Assembly (NCBI GenBank): GCA_963829055.1
Contig: CAWHHI010000006.1
Location: 559,331 to 623,330 of the forward strand
DNA length: 64,000 bases
DNA from: an uncultured Gemmatimonadaceae bacterium
GTDB lineage: Bacteria; Gemmatimonadota; Gemmatimonadetes; Gemmatimonadales; Gemmatimonadaceae
Direction: 5' to 3'
A program made the position numbers and the translations under genes. This document shows positions 61,154 to 64,000 of this stretch, one piece after another; position 1 is the first letter of the stretch, and the number at the start of each line of letters is the position of its first letter. Under the pieces are notes generated by a model that searched no databases, was not told the origin of the DNA, and saw nothing but the letters and a program-made list of their open reading frames with translations.

Positions 61154-61754
61154 CTATCGGACGTTGAGGGTTGCCGTTTCGAGGACGGCCCCGCCTGCAT
61201 CGACGATGTCGACCGTGACCGTTTGGACAGTGGGCGGGATCGCCGCCACGTAGTACCGCCCACCGATCGTGCTGATGTCGCCGGGCACGATGAGGGGTGC
61301 CTTCGTCGCAGTGCCGTCGGCGAAGCGGATGACCGCGCCGACCGCCGTTGCTTCCGTCGGTGCCACCGGAGACGAAGCCATCCCGCTCCGAGGTCGACGT
61401 CGTCGGCTTGAGCATGGACACCTCGGGACCGCACGCCGCACCGCCGCTGTCGCCGCCGACGAACTCGAGGCACATCGAGCCGTCCTTCAGGCGGTATGCC
61501 CATGCGCCCCAGCCTCCGGTCGCGGCGCTACCGGCGCCGATCGGGACGGCGGCGCCCACCCGGTCGGGGTTGATCGCAGGGGTCGGACCGACCGGACCTG
61601 CCGCGGCCGGCGGCCCGGAGATGTCAGGCCCGCCCGGGACCGGCGTCGGTACGGCGGGCACGTCCGGGCCGCCGCTGTCGACCGACCGGTCGACGGCACC
61701 GCAACCGATCACGACCAGGGCTATGACCAGGACGGTGCCGGTCAGGCCGCGCAT
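61154..61754 (-). CDS. Putative lipoprotein (frameshifted)
   Basis: Lipobox VIGC; Pro-rich linker; ORFs 61065-61799 and 61154-61441 join. Confidence 0.55.
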
Positions 61755-62502
61755 CGCCACCGGATCCCGTGGCGCACGACGTCGAGCCGTTCGGACCATC
61801 CGTCGCCCAGGAGGTCGACGACCGGCCGCCCATTGCCGTCGCCGGAAAGTCGGACCACCTGGGATCGCAATCGCGCTTCGTCTCCGCCGTCGTCCGATGA
61901 CACGAAGGCGAGCCCGACGGTCGCCTTATGTGCGTTCGCCACCGTCTCTTGATGCGCAGGGGAGCGCGAGTCGCGCGAGCCGGACCCGACCGCCGATCGG
62001 GTGCCGGAACGCGGCGCGCGCCGCTCGCGCCTCGTCGCCCCACTCGGCACCGGCGTCCTCGTGCTCGATCAGGAACGGCGGCTCGCACGGGCCGAGGTGC
62101 CCCGCCGCCGCCGTCCGCCAGCGCACGACCTCGCCGTCGGAACGAGTCCGCGACCCGTCCACCGGCGACGCGATCGACGACCCCGCGGCCCGAACGTCCG
62201 ACGTCGCCGTCGATGTCGTCAGTGGCGAGCGCGAACGTCGCGAGGCCCTCGCGCCCCGCGTCGAGGAGGGCGAGCGTCGCCCGGCCCACCGCGGACCCCG
62301 TCGGCGATGCCACGAGCGCCCGATCGAACACGCCGATGAGCTCGATGTAGGTGTCGCCGAGGAACGCGAGCCGGTTGAACGTCCCCCACGCGTCGTGCCG
62401 GCCGCCGCCGGTGAACCCGATGCCGAGGTCGCGCTCGATCGCCGCCGCCGCCGCATCCGGGTCGCGGACGGCGATCACGAGGTGGTCGATGCCGAGGAGC
62501 AT
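61742..62502 (-). CDS. VOC/Glyoxalase_3 family protein (frameshifted)
   Basis: IDHLVIAV.D, GGGRH..WGT.N.L..LGD.YIEL, R.DG..VRW, PFLIEH. Confidence 0.85.
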
Positions 62503-62519
62503 GGACCGCGGCACTGCTT

Positions 62520-63779
62520 TCAGCCGGCCCGACTATCGACCACCACGCGGCCGCCCTTCATGACGACCACAGGCCGCTCGAGCACCGTGACGTCGTCGAG
62601 CGGATCGCCGTCGACGGCCACCAGGTCGGCAAACCGCCCCGGCGAGAGCGTCCCGACGCGATCCGACCAGCCCAGGCACTCGGCCGCAGCGACGGTAGCC
62701 GACCGGATCGCGGCCAGCGGCGTCATCCCGCACCGCACGTACCAGGCGAATTGCTTCGCCACGAGGTGGTGCGGGTATACGCCGCTGTCGGTCCCGTAGA
62801 CGATGCGGACCTCCCGCTCGACGGCCTTGCGCATGACCTCGATGCCCGTCTCCAGCGACGACGCGAGCTTGGCCATCACCTCGGCCGGCCATCGCTCCGC
62901 CTCGCCGTTCTCGAGCGCCCACTCCCCGTCGTACAGGTCGACCGAGTAGAAGGTGCCCGTATCGGCCAGCATCGCGATCGTGTCGTCGTCGATCATCGAC
63001 CCGTGCTCGACGGAGCGGGCCCCGGCCCGGATCGCCCGCTGGGCGCCCTCGGACGAGTGCGCGTGCACGGCGACGAACTTCGCGTAGTAGCCGGCCTCCT
63101 CGACCGCCGTCCGCAGCTCGTCCTCGGACAGCTCGGGCGCGCCGGGAACGCCGCCGCGCGTGAGGACCGCGCCGGTCCCGATGCACTTGATGACGTCGGC
63201 ACCGCCGATCAGCAGCCGTCGCACGCGCTCGCGCACGTCGGCGGCCGAGGTGACGACGCCGAAGCGGAGGTCCTCCGGCAGCTGGATGTCGTGGGCGAGG
63301 CCGACGACGGCGCCGCCGCCCCATGGCGCGGTGATGAACGCGCCGGCACCCTGCATCCGCGGGCCCTCGACGTCGCCCGCGTTGATCGCGTCGCGGAGCG
63401 CGAGGTCGACGAACGCGCGGAACGGGCCGAGGTCGCGCACGCTGGTGAACCCGGCCTCGACCGTTCGGCGCGCGTGGACGACGCCGAGCAGCGCGTCCTG
63501 GGCCGCCGACGTCGTCGTCGCCGGGACGCCGGCCGTCTGGACCTCGCCGATCAGGTGGCTGTGGGTGTCGATGAGGCCGGGGAGGACCGTCAGCCCTTTG
63601 AGGTCGATCCGCCGCGCGCCGTCCGGCACGCCGTCGTCGGGCCCGGCGATCGCCGCGATGCGGCCATCGCGGATGTGGACGGTCCGTTCGGGGACCAGCG
63701 AACCGGATTCGACGTCGAGCAGGCGCCCGACGCGGACCGCGATCGTGCCATCGGCGTCGGCGAAGGGGGGTGTCGGCAT
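62520..63779 (-). CDS. Amidohydrolase family protein (Xaa-Pro dipeptidase-like)
   Basis: LPGLIDTHSH, GFTSVRD, GADVIK, VHAH, SVEHG, YGTDSG, GRFADLVAV.GDPL.D. Confidence 0.92.
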   Translation of the reverse strand: MPTPPFADADGTIAVRVGRLLDVESGSLVPERTVHIRDGRIAAIAGPDDGVPDGARRIDLKGLTVLPGLIDTHSHLIGEVQTAGVPATTTSAAQDALLGVVHARRTVEAGFTSVRDLGPFRAFVDLALRDAINAGDVEGPRMQGAGAFITAPWGGGAVVGLAHDIQLPEDLRFGVVTSAADVRERVRRLLIGGADVIKCIGTGAVLTRGGVPGAPELSEDELRTAVEEAGYYAKFVAVHAHSSEGAQRAIRAGARSVEHGSMIDDDTIAMLADTGTFYSVDLYDGEWALENGEAERWPAEVMAKLASSLETGIEVMRKAVEREVRIVYGTDSGVYPHHLVAKQFAWYVRCGMTPLAAIRSATVAAAECLGWSDRVGTLSPGRFADLVAVDGDPLDDVTVLERPVVVMKGGRVVVDSRAG

Positions 63780-63811
63780 CCCGCCATGCTAGCCCCGCGT
63801 AGGATGGGTCC

Positions 63812-64000
63812 ATGACCTCCCCGTCCCGCCCGACCACCTCCCGTTCACCGGCGACCCGGACGCCGACGCCCTGATCGCGACCAACCCGCTTGCGCTGCTG
63901 ATCGGCTTCGCGCTCGACCAGCAGGTCTGGACGGTGAAGAAGGCCCTCTCGGGCCCGCTCGAGATCCAGACGCCCGCGGTCCCTTTGGATGCCGCCGCGA
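63812..64000 (+). CDS. HhH-GPD-type DNA repair protein, 5' fragment
   Basis: LPFTGDPDADALIA.NPLALLIGFALDQQV...A.SGP; runs off the window end. Confidence 0.7.

Noticed and set aside
763..62502. Dozens of frameshifts in otherwise conserved genes (nosZ, nosD, helicase, permeases)
   Set aside because: They affect all gene classes, in-frame stops are scarce and active-site motifs are intact. This fits long-read indel error, not pseudogenisation or programmed frameshifting.

Overview
The window looks like two unrelated genome fragments joined at about 32,550. It is full of single-base indels typical of error-prone long-read consensus, so many real genes are split across frames. Left part (1 to ~32,550): resembles Gemmatimonadota (inferred from PadR plus duplicated ABC permease, clade II nos cluster, LptC-like gene). 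It carries aroH, a dioxygenase/esterase pair, an acyl-CoA synthetase, nosZ-B-D-F-Y plus a cupredoxin (no nosL seen), a LuxR-TPR regulator with a flavin monooxygenase, a DUF6745/SUKH-like fusion, a LytS/LytTR pair, MOSC, a short YidC and several gene remnants. It also has two dispersed repeat families and a strongly over-represented heptamer, GTTAGGC/GCCTAAC (27 exact copies counted by eye; none seen right of the junction). Right part (~32,551 to 64,000): visibly more GC-rich and resembles Chloroflexota or Actinomycetota (inference). It carries a giant 5xGAF-4xPAS kinase with two response regulators, GreA fused to a GIY-YIG-like domain, a DEAD-box helicase, ybaK, ABC and MFS transporters, a secreted clan-CD-like protein behind a long leader, a DUF2089/DUF4097 operon, and an ApbE/MsrQ-like flavinylation cluster. 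No rRNA, tRNA, CRISPR array or transposase was seen. All family assignments are from motif recognition by eye; no searches were run. Best candidates for novelty are the GIY-YIG-GreA fusion, the GTTAGGC motif, a hidden Cys/His-rich microprotein, a repeat element read in frame through the kinase/regulator boundary, and the non-canonical ApbE substrates.
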